Below are positions 39,222-54,333 of a stretch of DNA of 64,000 nucleotides, piece by piece. The first letter of the stretch is position 1, and the number at the start of each line of letters is the position of its first letter. A model generated the notes under the pieces. The model was not told the origin of the DNA. It ran no database searches and was given only the letters and a program-made list of their open reading frames with translations. This DNA comes from Octopus vulgaris (Eukaryota): positions 35,030,001-35,094,000 of the forward strand of contig OX597822.1 of assembly GCA_951406725.2 (NCBI GenBank), read 5' to 3'. A program made the translations under genes and the position numbers.

Positions 39222-40680
39222 GATATGTTTCGACCAAAGATGTCTAACTTAATAGCACCACCTAATAGGATTATTTTAATCCTATTTAAGTCAAGTTTTG
39301 TTTATGGTCCATTCAAGTAGTGAGTTTTTGTTGGGTGAGTTGTATCCAATTATGGGTGGCTTATCTGGTATTCCTTGAAGGAATCTATCCAGACTCCGTT
39401 TAAAGTTGATGGGATCCTTTTCCTCTTTGATCTCTTTCGGGACAATATTAAATAGGGCAAGGCCTGTTGAGGAGAAGAAATTATGTTGCAGTGTACATGT
39501 ATGTTGTGATCTTGAATTGGGCAGGAGACGTATGGCCCGTGGTCGCAGTCTTGGATGAACCTTGAAGCTAATGTTCAGGTCATTTGGGCAAAGTTGGTGG
39601 TATATTCTCCACATCGTACAAATGATGTACCGCTCACGGCGACGCTGGAGAGAGTAGAGTTTCAAGGCTTTAAGGCGATCCCAATAATCGAGAGCAGTCA
39701 TGCCTTCAATTCGTTTAGTGAGTGCCCTCTGGGGTGATTCAATCCTCGAGATGTTTTGTCTTGTATGGGGAGACGACAGTGGGCAGCAGTATTCGAGTTG
39801 TGGCCGTACAAAGGAGGAGAAAAGTGGTATGATGACACCTTGTTCTCTGGACCGGAAAGTTCTTAAGATCCAGGAACTCATCCTACGAGCTATATCGACC
39901 TTCTTGTTGATGTGTGCACTCCAACTGAGATCGTCATCAACAATTACACCCAGGTCTCTGATATTGTTAGAGGCTGTGAGCGGTTCCCCTGAAGGAAGAG
40001 TGTATGGCTGTTTTAGTGAGGAATTTCTTCCAAAATGCATCAGCTCAAATTTTCCCTCGTTCAGTTGCATTTTGTTTCTGTCTGCCCATTGACTCACAGC
40101 ATATAGATCAGACAGGAGTTGAGTTCAGTCTGCTTCTTCATTGACGATTTGCTGGAGCTTAGTGTCATCAGCAAATATTTTCATTTTGCAGTAATGTACG
40201 ACACTGGAAAGGTTGTTTATGTAAATTATCAACTACAACATGTTATGTTCTATTCGCCAGGAAATACTTAATCCAGTGTAGAAGTTTTCCACGGATTCCA
40301 ACATTTGCCAATTTTGAGAGTAGGATATTATGGTCTACCCTGTCGAACGCTTTACTGAAGTCAAGATATATGAGACGTCAGAGTTCGAACCTGTTCCCAA
40401 GGCGTTGAGTACATCTTCAATGTGGTGTAAGAGCTGTGTTGGACAGTCCCTGCCACAGCGAAAGCCATGCTGATTTGCATTTAGGGGTTTGTGGGTCTCC
40501 AGGAAGTCAGCTATCCTTGATCTTAACACTCTTTCAAACACTTTAATGATGTGGGAGGTAAGTGAGATTGGGCGACAGTTAAGTGCAAGGGATCTGTTTC
40601 CCTGTTTGAAAACCGGGATGACTGACTGGGATAGAAACTATTTCGGTATATAAACAGCGTCTAACGAATTTCTCCAGAGG
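39222..40680 (-). mobile_element. 5'-truncated CR1-group LINE with RT and C-terminal ORF remnant (39291-40097, 268 aa)
   Basis: RPISLTSHIIKVFER, NQHGFR, DFSKAFDRVDH, KIFADDTKL, RDLGVIVD, VRPQLEYCCP, LYSLQRRRER; the PQG motif region appears deleted; frameshifts present. Confidence 0.92.
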
Positions 40681-41597
40681 TTATATATATATATATATAC
40701 GTACATACATACATATATATATATATATAAATTTTAAATAATCAGACAATGGAGAGAACATTTGATCAACAAACATACAATTTGAACCACATCTGTTGAT
40801 TATTTTTTCATTCAAAACATGACATGATATGTTTCCTCTTCCAATGTTAGTCGGTGCTTACGAAAGAAATTCCGAAAATGATATTCATCATATTCATAGC
40901 ACATTCGATCTAGCATATGGAGCTTTATCAGAGTGAATATAAATGCGTAAAATAAAATAAACGAAGGGAAGAGGGAAGAGGAAAGAACAGGGCCTCGAGA
41001 AGAGGCCACAAAGGCTCAATATATTAAAATCATTCCATCTTGAAGAGTAGAGCTTGAAGTCGATAAGCAAAGGAGTGAACTAACAGTGGTCAAGGGAAAT
41101 ATTTACGGGTTATTTCTATACAAAGGAGGAACCAGGGTGTTTGAATAGTAGTGAAATGAAGTTAGTACTAAAATACGACAAGAATTACCAATTTGTCGAG
41201 AAAAAGAATAGTACTTATGATATCGTAAATAGGGCTAAATCATGCTAAACCAAAACAGAACCGTAGGGTTTTTATAATGGTGTACTTACTGACATATTGT
41301 AGAGACCACTACCTGTTGTCCGCAATGGAATTGAACAAAGTCAATCCATCACTACAATTGGTCAATTATATTTAAACCAAGGGCAAGAGTTAAGACCGTG
41401 ACAGGGGATATGTAAATAAAGAAGAAAACAAAGCAGTAAATAAATGGTGTGGTGGAGAAGACTGTGATATAAGTTGCACGAGGCCGCATATGACTTTCTG
41501 CAACTTCTGCTGTAATTTTTTTTTATAGTTAAGGGGAGATAAGTAGTACAAGAAGTGCATGCTAGTGGAATTACCTACGAAAAATAATTCTGAATCT

Positions 41598-41598
<1 letters not shown>

Positions 41599-41648
<50 letters not shown>

Positions 41649-42180
41649 TGTGTACAGTGCTCAGGTGCACTACAACTCATCTAAAGTGTATATATAATCA
41701 GGTGTAGTGTCGGCGGATTTCGGAAAGCATGAGGGCCTTAAAGGATGCAGTGTCATGGCAGTCAACAACTGACGCAGGCAGTTTATTCCATGCTTCAGCA
41801 ACTCTGAGCGTGAAAAAATGTTTCCGAAAGTCATGGGAGCTGTGTTGTTTTCTGACTTTGTAGGCATGTCCACGTGTGTTAGACACATGGAGATCAAAAA
41901 GGTGTTCAGTGTTGTTGTTGGTGAGGTGGTTGATAACTTTGTGGGCGTTTACCAAGTCCGTCGCCAGACGCCGGAGCTTCAGTGAATCCATGCCCAGGGA
42001 AACAAGGCGCTCAGAATATGGTAGGTGTCTGATGGAGGGTATGCGTTTGGTTGCACATCTCTGGACAAATTCCAGGAGGTCCATGTTCTGAGCAAGATAG
42101 GGGTTCCAAACTGATGATGCGAATTCCAAGTGTGGTCGTACCATAGCTGTATACAGTTTTAAATAGATGGCTTACATCCT
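41599..42180 (-). mobile_element. CR1-group LINE 3' fragment with (ATT)n tail
   Basis: ORF 41698-42144: VRPHLEFASSVWNPY..VQRCATKRIP..YSERL..NTRGHAYK..FFTLRVAEAWNKLP; (AAT)n at 41599-41649. Confidence 0.92.
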
Positions 42181-43089
42181 AGACAGCCGGTAAAATTCCA
42201 AGTGGTGGTAATAATGGAGGAACAATTAAATGTGTATGCGTTCCTAAGTAACTTCTGCCCATAGGTACACGAAAGGGCAAAAGCACAAGACCAAAAACAT
42301 TTAAGGGATAAAATATCAAAATGAAAATACATGCTAATTACGACCATGGTTACGAACTCCGTGTGTCAACACTGTTTACTAAATCTTAATTAATATGTAA
42401 TTGTATTATCATAAACGTTAGATCGTTCACATCAATAAATCTATTAATTATATTAACCCTTACATGGCCGCAGCCATACTAGGTCTACCACCAAATTACA
42501 TTTTCAATCATACATAGTAAACCCAAGTGTACTAATATCTCCTGGGAAGTCAGCAACTGCAGTGCCCAAGTACAGACCTATACAATCTGTAATGGGGAAA
42601 GGTAATATTAAATTCATTAAATTAAATTCTATAGTGGGGGTAGTGTTGTTCCTACGTGGGTAGGACTATTAGGGTCTATTTTAAGTGTAGGTAGACCAAT
42701 ATGCTGGTAGAAAAACTAAGTCCAGATTGCAAGAAGTGCCAAAAAGCACATCCATGGCATAAAAGGTACAGGAAAATAAAAATAAAATAAAACAAAATAA
42801 AAATTAAACTAAATTAAAACTCAAAATAAAAATTAAAATTCGTTACCGGGGTGGGGTCTTAACATTGGGGTTAAATAACTATGTTCTCTTCGTTCTCAAT
42901 TAGATTCATGATTGAAATATCTGACGTTTGCTAAAGGGGTTTGGTGGGTTATATTAAGGAGAAATGGCTTCATGAATATAAAATGTAGGTAGTTGATTAT
43001 GGGTGGGGAGTGGAATCTAAACTCAGAATTTTGATGAAGAGGGTTTTTTGGTGCGATTTTCGGGTGGCACAAAGGTCTCTGATGTTATT

Positions 43090-43325
43090 TATATTTAATG
43101 AAGATAAACCTCTCCTTGTGCAAGCAAGCTAGGCTTATCCCCTTAAGTTGAATAGTGGGTGCTGAGCTGCTAGAATGAAAAGAATTTTATTGATGCAAAG
43201 ATAACATTTCCTGTTTTTACATTGTACGAAGGTGTGGGGGCGAAGTTCCCCCATTCTAACGTGAATCTAATATTACTATCTTTCAGTTCCCAAATATACT
43301 TAATTAATCCACTCGGGTTAATCAT
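43090..43325 (-). pseudogene. Penelope-like GIY-YIG endonuclease C-terminal fragment
   Basis: Minus, across frameshifts: SGLIKYIWELKDSNIRFTLEW..PSYNVKTG.KCYLCINKILFIL..CLHKERF, matching the PLE pattern LSKYIWxLK..CxLCxxEK..CRH. Confidence 0.72.
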
Positions 43326-43369
43326 ATTATACATAATCCTATATATATATATATATATATATACATCCA

Positions 43370-43405
<36 letters not shown>

Positions 43406-44994
43406 TGTATGTATATTGGTTTGAATTCACTTTAATATCGTGATTCTGTTTGACATAACAAAGACAAATTTATTCATAGGAGACAAAAAACAAACTGTTA
43501 GCTTGGTAGTAATATGAAAAATGTGGAGAATGTGCTAATATGCTAGATGTAATCGGCCAATATTTTTCATTTAACTGCAACAAATGCTACTGGGACATGA
43601 AAAAATCTATAACCTTCAGGCTGTGTTAAGGAAAACAAAATATCGGAAATATTAAAATGTGGTCATGATGTTAAGATAATCTTGATATTTCGAGTCAAAA
43701 AACTTCTTTAAAGAACAATATGAAAGCATAAAATTTTCCAGCCTTATGCATTTTCTTTAAACACCCAGGATCGTCTCCATATAAGAAAGTGCCCCCATAC
43801 AAACAGACATACACATACACACTCACACATGAACATGCTCACACTACGTTTGTGTGCTTTTCCACTCTTTTATTCTATTCTTAATACTGCCAAATCTTAA
43901 TCCAATGGTAAATCCCGTTAACCCATTGCACACAAACAGCACATTATCACAGAACAATCGTGCTCACTCACATACAAACATAAGCGGTGCGTATAAACAC
44001 ATGCTAGATTTAAACAAATGCACACACACACCAACGCACGCGCGCATGCGTACACCCGTCCATCCAGATAAACACGCACACATGCCCATGCATCTATTAT
44101 ATATTTTTCTCTTTATTACACATATTTTCCGTGCAGCAGGCGTCCCTGGAAATTTCCGCTACATCTTTGTCACAAGAATAACTAAACGCAGCCATCGCCA
44201 GTGATATACTAGCCAAAAAAATTATCTCTATGCTCTTCTGACAAAGACTAACCTTGTCAAAAGGTATTTACATAATTTTATTTTCAAAATATCAAATTGG
44301 AATGGTATACGTTTACAAATGTTAAAATCTGCAGGAAGTTTTTGCTTCAGAAATCTAATATCTTATGAAATATATAAATGAAGTCTTTGGATTGTTTATA
44401 TGGAAATAGTTTTAAATAAATTTATCTTCAGTTGATAAAGAAAACTTTTGTAATTAGATAAAATTCTTTATTATTTCAGCACTGCTTTGGGGAAACGATT
44501 TGCACATATATTTCTGGCAAAGATGTCTCATAATTCTCTACTTGTTTCTTCCATTATCTGAAGTTATATCAAACTAAATATAACCAGAGGTTTGGTTTGT
44601 CGCTTTTGCTCTTTGTTAGTTTTCATGTTGTTTAGCTCTAATCTTTCTTTGAGGAAGCAGAGCTATGATGTAATGTATCCAAATGTTATTATCATCAATG
44701 TCAAGACAGACACGCAATGCACCAAAAAGACCATTGTTAAATCTATTTTTCTCTAAGTTGACCTCGGCGGGATTTGAACGCAGAATGTAAATAATCAGAA
44801 GAAATACTGCCAAGTATTTCTCTCCTGCAGCGTTTACGAGTCTGTAAGTTCTTTTACAAATGAAATGAATACGATACAATAGTTTCATTTGTATATTCTT
44901 TCATACTGCGTACATAGTAAGTTAATGAGAACAGAATTGGTCATGCTGGATTGTTCTTTTCCTTCTCAGTGACTAGTGAAAGCTATGAGGAGAG

Positions 44995-45330
44995 TAAAGG
45001 GTAAAGACCCCCTTCGGTCATGAATGACCATGGGATTGCACCTAGAAAGTTACCCTCCTAGACACAAGTCCGGGCAAGGTTGTTTATGGAAGGCCAGCAG
45101 TCGCCCATGCATACCAGCCTCCCCTCTCCACGCCACCAGTGTTATCCAAGGGAAAGACAAAGGTCGATACAGCCTGGCACCAGTGACGTCGCAACTCATT
45201 TCTACAGCTGAGTGAACTGAAGCAACGTGAAATAAAGTGCCTTGCTCGAGAACACAACTCGCAGCCCGGTCCGGGATACGAGCTCACAACCTCACGATCG
45301 TAAGCTCGACGCTCTAACCACTGAGCCGTA
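44995..45330 (-). mobile_element. tRNA-derived SINE (family D) with LINE-like stem-loop tail
   Basis: Minus head GGCTCAGTGGTTAGAGCG..GAGCTCGTATCCC; tail GGTCATTCATGACC hairpin and TTTACCCTTTAC repeat. Confidence 0.85.
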
Positions 45331-46871
45331 GATATAAAACTATACTTCAGAACAGAAACTATTATTTTCAACTCGTATACTGGGTCATGTACAACCTGCT
45401 GTACCTCCACACATTAATCACTTATACGTCACTCTCTAATTAGATATAGCTACTGCTTTGTATTGTTTGTAATATCTTCTTTGTAAATCTAGGCTTTTTA
45501 TCAATGTTTATATAATTATTTCTTTATTCAGTTTTAATTATTTTTTTATTAAGTTTTAATCATTTTTTATTCAGTTACATGCTGTTTCAGCTAAGAAGTA
45601 ATGCAAAATATATTTGAGGCTCTAGTACCAATTTTGTTTGCTTGATCATGGACCAAGATCATAAATGTATTATTCTCTATTTTGCCATTTAATTTTAACT
45701 GAAATTACATAAATATATTTAATGGATTCAATAGAATAGAAAATAAACATATGTGGAGTACTTGCCATGCTTCAAGCTCTTAGAAGAGCTTGGATTCAAA
45801 AATGTACATTTAAGAAACATATTAGTTATTACTGATTGGTGAAGACTGTATTGTTAGATGTACTTGCAGTTACTGAACTTTGGCGAACCATCAACTATTT
45901 CAATTAAACGTTGCAGGAGGGAAGTTCTTTATTGTTTGTGAGTTCTAATCTAGTCTAGATGTTGGATTGGCTCTCCATACTTCTGAAGTCTATTATGTAA
46001 ATAACAGTGAGCTAATAGAACACTGATATCGACTCTGACTTCATCCTGTCGAGCTAAAAATCAATAAGCATTAATGGATATTATATAAGGAGACAGAAGT
46101 AGTCATATTTTAAATGGCGGTGAGAAAGAAAAGCGTCATCTTCATATCATTTTCATAGAGATTAATCGCACACGCGCAAATGTAACGAAACGTATCCAAT
46201 CTTTTTTTTAAGGTGGGAGCTGTACGTATTCATCTAGATGATATAACTCAGCAACAAATAAAATGCATGGGTCACTGGCTCCAATCGCATTATGAACACA
46301 TGTTTATTAGTTTTGAATCCGTAAGGAGTGAGAAAATTGTGAGATGAGCGATAGAATTCTGCTTAAAGATAATAAGTGGATCAATCTTTCTAAATATCTG
46401 TTCAGGGATGAAAGCTGTACTTAGCAAGGTTAAATTATTTCAAACACAGACTACTAATTAAGGAATAATCTAAGAATTTTCTGATCAAACTGTTATCTTA
46501 ATTGAATCACTTACTTCACTTAAATGCATTTCCAAACTTTATCCAATCGAATTAGATTAGTATGAGATATTCCAGGTCTATTTCAAACTTATAACAGTAC
46601 GTACATAACTTATAATAGTACAGTGCATATACCAACACACCAACATGTCATACAATCATTACATTATGCGCAAAATCCAGAATCCGCCACATCGCCCAGC
46701 GCTTTCCATATATGTCAAAACATTGCAATTAACTTGAACACCCTACGTAGAGCTAGCATGCAGAATACCGAAACATTACTCTCAAATCTGTATTAACGTT
46801 TGTTACTACACAGCCCTTCTTAATTTAATGCTACAAAGGATATCAAAACGTATATCATCATATGATAGTGA

Positions 46872-47040
46872 AGCAGTGAGCTGGCCGAATCGTAACAGTG
46901 CCAGGCAGACAGTTTAGCGGCATTTCTCCTGGCTACTCGTTCTGAGTTCAAATGCTACAGAATCGAATTTGCCTTTCATCCTTTCGGGGTCGATAAAATA
47001 AGTACTAGTCAAGCACTGGGGATGATGATATCCACTTGCC
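46872..47040 (+). mobile_element. SINE family A, diverged
   Basis: GAGCTGGCCGAATCG..TTCTGAGTTCAAAT..TTGCCTTTCATCCTTTCGGGGTCGATAAAATAAGTAC. Confidence 0.78.
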
Positions 47041-47549
47041 ATTTACGCTAAAATTATAAAGTTTAAAACCATATTATATGATAGTGACAAATACCATTGT
47101 CAATAGGATATTGATGAAACAAACGCGCGCTCGGCAGTTTGAAAGTTAAATTAGTGTTAATATACTTAATACAAAGGAACTTGAAGCTATCTATAGGCCG
47201 TGGATTGACAGAATCGTCAAAATGTCCAAGAAACTACCGTGGGAGTAATTTTTCTAGCTCCTTACATTCCGGAACCAACTTTGCCTTACGTCCTTTTGAG
47301 ATCTTTAAAATAAAGTTCAAGTAAAGTACCAGTCGATATAATACAGCAACCACCAGCCCAACAAATTTCTAGCCTTCTGTCTACGTTTCATATAATTAAA
47401 AGCTTTCTAGAAATAATTATGCAGAGTATAGATAAAGCAATTCTAATTAATATACCCCAGCATTAATTTATCTAAACACTTAACTATTGACTTTAGCAGT
47501 ATTTCATCATCATACAAAGACCAGTTATCTTTTAATGTTCTTTCTATTA

Positions 47550-47970
<421 letters not shown>

Positions 47971-50498
47971 TGCCAATGTCAATAACAATATGTTGATAAG
48001 AAGCTATCTATTGTTTTCCCTGTGAATGGTGACCACTGGAGACCCAACTGTGTATGTAGCATACAAACATCTAAGTTATTTTTCCTCTTGATATTTTTTA
48101 TCAACAATACTATATTCTCTCTTTTTCCGTATATACTGAACACGTTTTGTGAACAGCCGGTTATGTTTCACTGATGACACTCAATAAGATAAACAATATA
48201 CATTCTCTTTACTAGTGGGATTTCTATTATTTAATTATTATTGCATTACATAGCTTGCTGAATTTAGATATAAGCAGTCACGAGTTATATCCTGTAATTA
48301 AGCCAAACTGAGATCAAAATGAATTTGGTCGCCCTCATAAAAACAACAAACCAGTCGAACTCCAACACTGTACTACTCTCTTAATAGTCGAAAGAGATTT
48401 GTAACCAGCATACTGCAGTGATGGAAACCCTATATCTTAAACAAAGAAGGGATGGTCATAAATGTGGTTTCTATCGTCATAAATCTACTCAACGCTTCGG
48501 TGTCTATTTCATCCCTAAAGTGAGAAATCTCCAAAGAAGTCTAATTTGTTGGAAAGTTTAAATATTGATCATATCGCAAATCTTTGGATTCAATCGTATT
48601 TCTGTATGCTTTATCTAGTAAATAGTACAATTTTATGAGAAATTAAGTTGGTATACAAAATTAATGTTGTATTGAATTAAAATAGCCCTTTATCTGTCAT
48701 GCTAAATATATAGAGATTGTTCATAAGCCACTTACTGCGGGATTTGTTCAGAGAGAACATATCTAATGTTATTCTGAGATAACATCCCCTGTTAAAAATA
48801 CTATAGATATCAGAGGGAGAAAATATTCGTCCAGGTACGGGTAGCAAGAGTGCCAGATGCATTTTGATAGTATTGCACTTTTTCAGTTGTGTACACATAG
48901 TCAAGCACATCGATGGACATTCTTCACATATCGATATGCAAAAAAGTGTATTGGAATATTAATTTATGTTGTGAACAGCCACCATAAGCACATCCCTGAG
49001 AGACGTTATCTCACAACAAATACAGCTGTAACGACCTATTGACAGTGCATATACATTAGGCATGATACGTAGATGGCTATTTTAAATTAAGTTTATTTTT
49101 GTTACTAACGTGATAATTAGACGGTATAACTTTTCCTGAATATGGAATTGCCAAGTCGTGACTTGCTGCAGTCGTGAGATCGTCATGAGATCTAATAAAA
49201 TGCCTTCTGGTATTTTAATTAAGTTCCTCCGAGGTCAACTTTGCTTATTTTCACTTCATAGTCGATCAATAAGTTATTAGTACAGGATTAGTGGAGCTGT
49301 TAGAATATCGGATGGAATGTCTTATGGTATCTATAGCAGTTCTTTGCCTTCTGACGATAACGTCTAAGATGACAATTATGTCAATCTGTACTGAGTCTTG
49401 CCTTTGTCTTAGATAACATCGGTGGCATGGCGAGAGGGAAGAGATATATGTCCTTCTGAATTTTGCTCCCGGTCTGCAATTTTTCAGGGACCCCAGTACT
49501 TGACTGGTATTCATCGACCCCAAAATGTTGAAAGGTAGAATGAGATCTAGGTAGAATGAGATTTCAAAATGTAACAAGCCGTAGGATATGCAGCTCAGCA
49601 TTTTGTTAATGCGTTAACGATTGTTCCCACTAAGCTGTTAACGATATTTCTTAAGACCAATAATTATATAAATGAAGTGATATGGCTTCAAACTGAAATT
49701 GAAATCGTAGACAGTTTTGTTAATTTTGATGATTCTTGCCGTTTTGTCTATAGACTTTTGCGGCGTTATGATCGATTAAGATTCTGCAAACAATACATTT
49801 TAATTATTTAAGATTGCACATAGTTCCTGAACATTACGTAAAATGAAAACCATTTTAAATAAAATTAAATTCAAGAAAAATTGCAAAATTGCACAAAAAA
49901 AAATTATGGAACTAAAACAGCAGGGATATTTTATTCCCGTAAGATATTTAAATGCAGAATCGAGGACTACATAAATGTTCTTTATAATTTCGAGAGAAAG
50001 GATTAGACTATAGAGAAGAACAAAATATTTGAGATTAGTTATTAATTTAGTTTTGGAGTAAGGTACCTTCGTAATTACTAATTAATTGACGGTTTTGTTA
50101 ATATTAAGAAAACTTTTATCACGCCAGCGATAATAACTTATGTTACAATTGCCGCGTTAATGCAGAAACAACAATGTGAGTCTTATTTACAACAGAGATA
50201 TTTGCCTTGAGGCATTAAAGTTAAATTACTGGTTTAAATGAAAACTCTGAATAGTGATTAATATGCATGTGCACGTCTGTATGTTCTCTAAACTTTTATG
50301 CTTGCTACATTGTGTAAGTGTGGATGAGTAGGTGTATGTATTTGTGCAGAGAATGGTAAAGAAACATAGACACACATACTTATCAAATAAGTTATACAGC
50401 ATGTGAGTAGTTATGAGCACTTATTGCTTTGCGCTGATGACGTGCCCAGTGTATTAATTCATCCACACATTCACACACACGTATATGTGTGTGTGTGA

Positions 50499-50536
<38 letters not shown>

Positions 50537-50540
<4 letters not shown>

Positions 50541-50648
50541 CCACACAATTGTGTTCATGTCTGCGTGTTGATCTGCCTGTGTATACACGAATGCAAGTAC
50601 ACACACACACGCACACACATATACATCCATCTCTATCTCTCTCCCTAA

Positions 50649-50721
<73 letters not shown>

Positions 50722-50870
50722 TGTATGTATGTATGTATACTACATATAAATAATATTCTTATAAACAAACCCGAAATACACATACACATATAAACACACA
50801 CGTACATTTGTATATGTTAGTGTGTTTGGATATATATCTATGTTTATCTATGAATGCCATCCCTACACAC

Positions 50871-50929
<59 letters not shown>

Positions 50930-51064
50930 AATATATATATAGTTAGGGAGAGAGATAGAGAGATGGATGTATATGTGTGTGCTTGTGTGTGTGTACTTAC
51001 ATTCATGTATACACAGGCAGATCAACAGGCAGACAGATGAGCATTGAAACAGTTATGTGGGTGT
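50537..51064. repeat. Inverted duplication (arms 50537-50649 and 50942-51064) bounded by (TA)n
   Basis: TGTTGATCTGCCTGTGTATACA..CATCCATCTCTATCTCTCTCCCTAAC versus GTTAGGGAGAGAGATAGAGAGATGGATG..TGTATACACAGGCAGATCAACA. Confidence 0.9.
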
Positions 51065-51381
51065 CTGTATATATTTGACATCATGATTAAGCTTGCGAAA
51101 ACCTTCGTTCTAACCAAAATGCTTTTTGTTTTATTGCCTCAAGTAGTTATGTTTAATGTGTATAATTGGCTACGTATTGAATATACGTTTATGTCTGCAG
51201 TGGCATTAAGTCTTTCTCTTGCAGGAGGATCAGAGTAAAGGATTTGAAATGTGGAATCTTCGCTTGCGGTTAAGTTCCTTATAGGAAACCTTACAATTTT
51301 AATTACACGCTGTCAGCTACGCATACAAATATATGTACGCAGATAATTGTAACATACGCAAAGTGTAAGTGCGTGCGTGAG

Positions 51382-51428
<47 letters not shown>

Positions 51429-51944
51429 TTTACTTTCGCAAAACTTGTCGCAGCTTCAGTGCATCTACAGCTGAAACTCCTAGTAAGAAGAGACTGGCTC
51501 AACCAAACTAGAATATATCATTACTCTCTATTCTGCAACGGATTTGTTATTAGCAGCAGTTAAACCCAAACTGATACACACACACCTTCTAGGTACCTAA
51601 ATTGTAGATGAGTTTCTATACCTGTATTTAACAACCTAGTACTCCATATGTTTGTGCGCGTATTTTTTTCCACTGTTTCCCTTACTTCTTTCTGCTTCTA
51701 AATTTCCCCCTCACCATTACCAAATTCATATCTCACTCGATTCCATTTTCCCCAAGCCAACTACATGCTATCAGTACCACTCTCTACTCATGCCCATCGC
51801 TTTGCACAGGTACTTTCCTGTATATGCATAAAAATTATCCGACCCCCCCTCCCAATTATTTACTCCTTTCCATAAAAGTACATTTTCACATGAAACTGAA
51901 CTTTATCTCATCTTTTCTTTCCAGTGCCCATCGGTATTTTTTTT

Positions 51945-51983
51945 TTTTACTGATGAAGGACTTTATGTTCGAAATATCGAAAG
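51945..51983 (+). ncRNA. Minimal type I hammerhead-like motif with canonical core
   Basis: TTTTA-CTGATGA-A-GGAC-TTTAT-GTTC-GAAA-TA-TC-GAAAG; intact CUGAUGA and GAAA, stem II pairs, stem I weak. Confidence 0.6.
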
Positions 51984-52501
51984 CTCTTCTTATCTCTTTC
52001 TTTTCAAGCGTGAAACTAATAGCATTTCGGAGCATTTTGTCCTTCTTGTGTTTTTCTTACTTTTATTCATCATCATATATACTAGTACGTGGGGTGTATG
52101 AATGTATAAATACTTGTATTTTGTTGGCACAATGATGCTAAAAAAAAACAAAACTTCGAAGTCACTGTCAACAGTTGCTTGTAAAAATTAATGAAAATAT
52201 ACTGTACTTAAATGTATTGCGTAATGCTTTGGTTTCATCTTTAATTGTTATTTATATATAACTTCCCATAAAAATGAATTAATATGTGTGTGTGTATAGA
52301 TATGTGAGTGTGTAGATGCGTGTGTATACAGAGAGAGAAAGAGAAATAATGATTGATAGAAAGAGGGACAGGTAAATGTATACAGATACATATATATATA
52401 TATATAATCTACCCACATATATACATACACACGTGAGCGTACACATGCATACACATACACATACACATACACATATATTTATATACACACACATACACTC
52501 A

Positions 52502-52742
<241 letters not shown>

Positions 52743-53977
52743 TGCATATATGTTTCCTTCTGAGCATGAGTGTGTTTGAGTGTGAGTTCTAAAGCTTGCA
52801 ATGTCCCGCATGGTATCACTCTGGCAAAAACCTTTGAATCCTGTTATGGGCAAAATTACTTTTTCTATTTCTGTTTTACTTTAGCCAGTTTATTGACGGC
52901 ATATGGAAATCATTTCGATGAATGTAGACGAAATACTGAATAAGAAATTTTCAAGCGTTTTCCTTTGTTCTCTTCTTTATTCATTTTTTAATGTTTCTCT
53001 TGTGATTGTTTTTCTGCATGATGTCAGACAATTGACGTGAAGTGACCTGAACATTCTTCGTCATTCGGTACACGATAAAAGAATGCAATATTTAAGGCTT
53101 TTATGAAACGAATTTGTTCGTATACAAACTATAATTCATTAAATGCTTTGAATACACCAGCATACAAAAATAACAACATTTACACACACTCACACGTCCA
53201 CACACATTATATGTATATATAACTGCATATGAGAATATGTTATTCATAATACTCACTCTTAGCAAGATTTGTTGTATATCTTCAAAGTTCTTTCCAGTAA
53301 CCTATAAAAATAATAAAATGCACATAAATTAATTTATTAATTTCAATGGTAAATTTTGGAGTATTAGTTTATTTTAATGCAAATCTGTGATATAATAAAA
53401 GGTTCTCCAAATATTATTGATATATTAAATGAAATTTAATTAAGATCCTGGCTGTATGTTTTTGTCGTTTTATGTGAATGTGCGTTTCCATTTTAAGTGA
53501 TATAACCACGTATGTGTATATCTGTGTCTATTAAACCAATCGTACTTCTATGCAGTATCTATTCATGAACGCTAAAATCTACACACACACGTAAATGCAA
53601 ACGCAAGTATTCATATATTCGTAAAGACAGACATATATACAAATACAATGCGCATATACGTACATACATACATCTATCTATCTATCTATATATATATATA
53701 TACACTCAAGCTTATGTGTATGTATATATATATATAGATAGATAGATACACGTTTGTGTATACATATATACAATACAAATGTGTTTATTTTTATCAAGCT
53801 ACAATACATACATACACCTATTCATAAATACAAACCTACATACATATATGTATGTGTACATATATATATGTATGTATTATGCACATATGTGTCTATGTCA
53901 CTGTGTGTGTAACTGTACGGGTGTGTACATATGCCTACGTTTGTATTAAGCATGTATGTGTATGTATGTATATATTT

Positions 53978-54021
<44 letters not shown>

Positions 54022-54216
54022 TGTGTGTGTGTGTGTATACATCAACACGCACACATATTGACGGAAGAGTTAAAAATTGAAATGTTTATAATTTTTTTCT
54101 GTTTTTTGCCGTTACCTGCAAAAATCTATCAACAATTAACTTCAAACTTCAAACTCCCCACAGTTATCGATATCTAGGTGTCATTAGTGTCTGCATATAG
54201 GTTTATACACACACAC

Positions 54217-54285
<69 letters not shown>

Positions 54286-54301
54286 TACATACATACATAC
54301 A

Positions 54302-54333
<32 letters not shown>

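Noticed and set aside
40990-41480. Possible very old GIY-YIG remnant on the minus strand
   Set aside because: Only vague motif echoes across several frameshifts; not supportable by eye.
44148-44157. GGAAATTTCC NF-kB-like palindrome
   Set aside because: A single 10-mer with no supporting promoter context.
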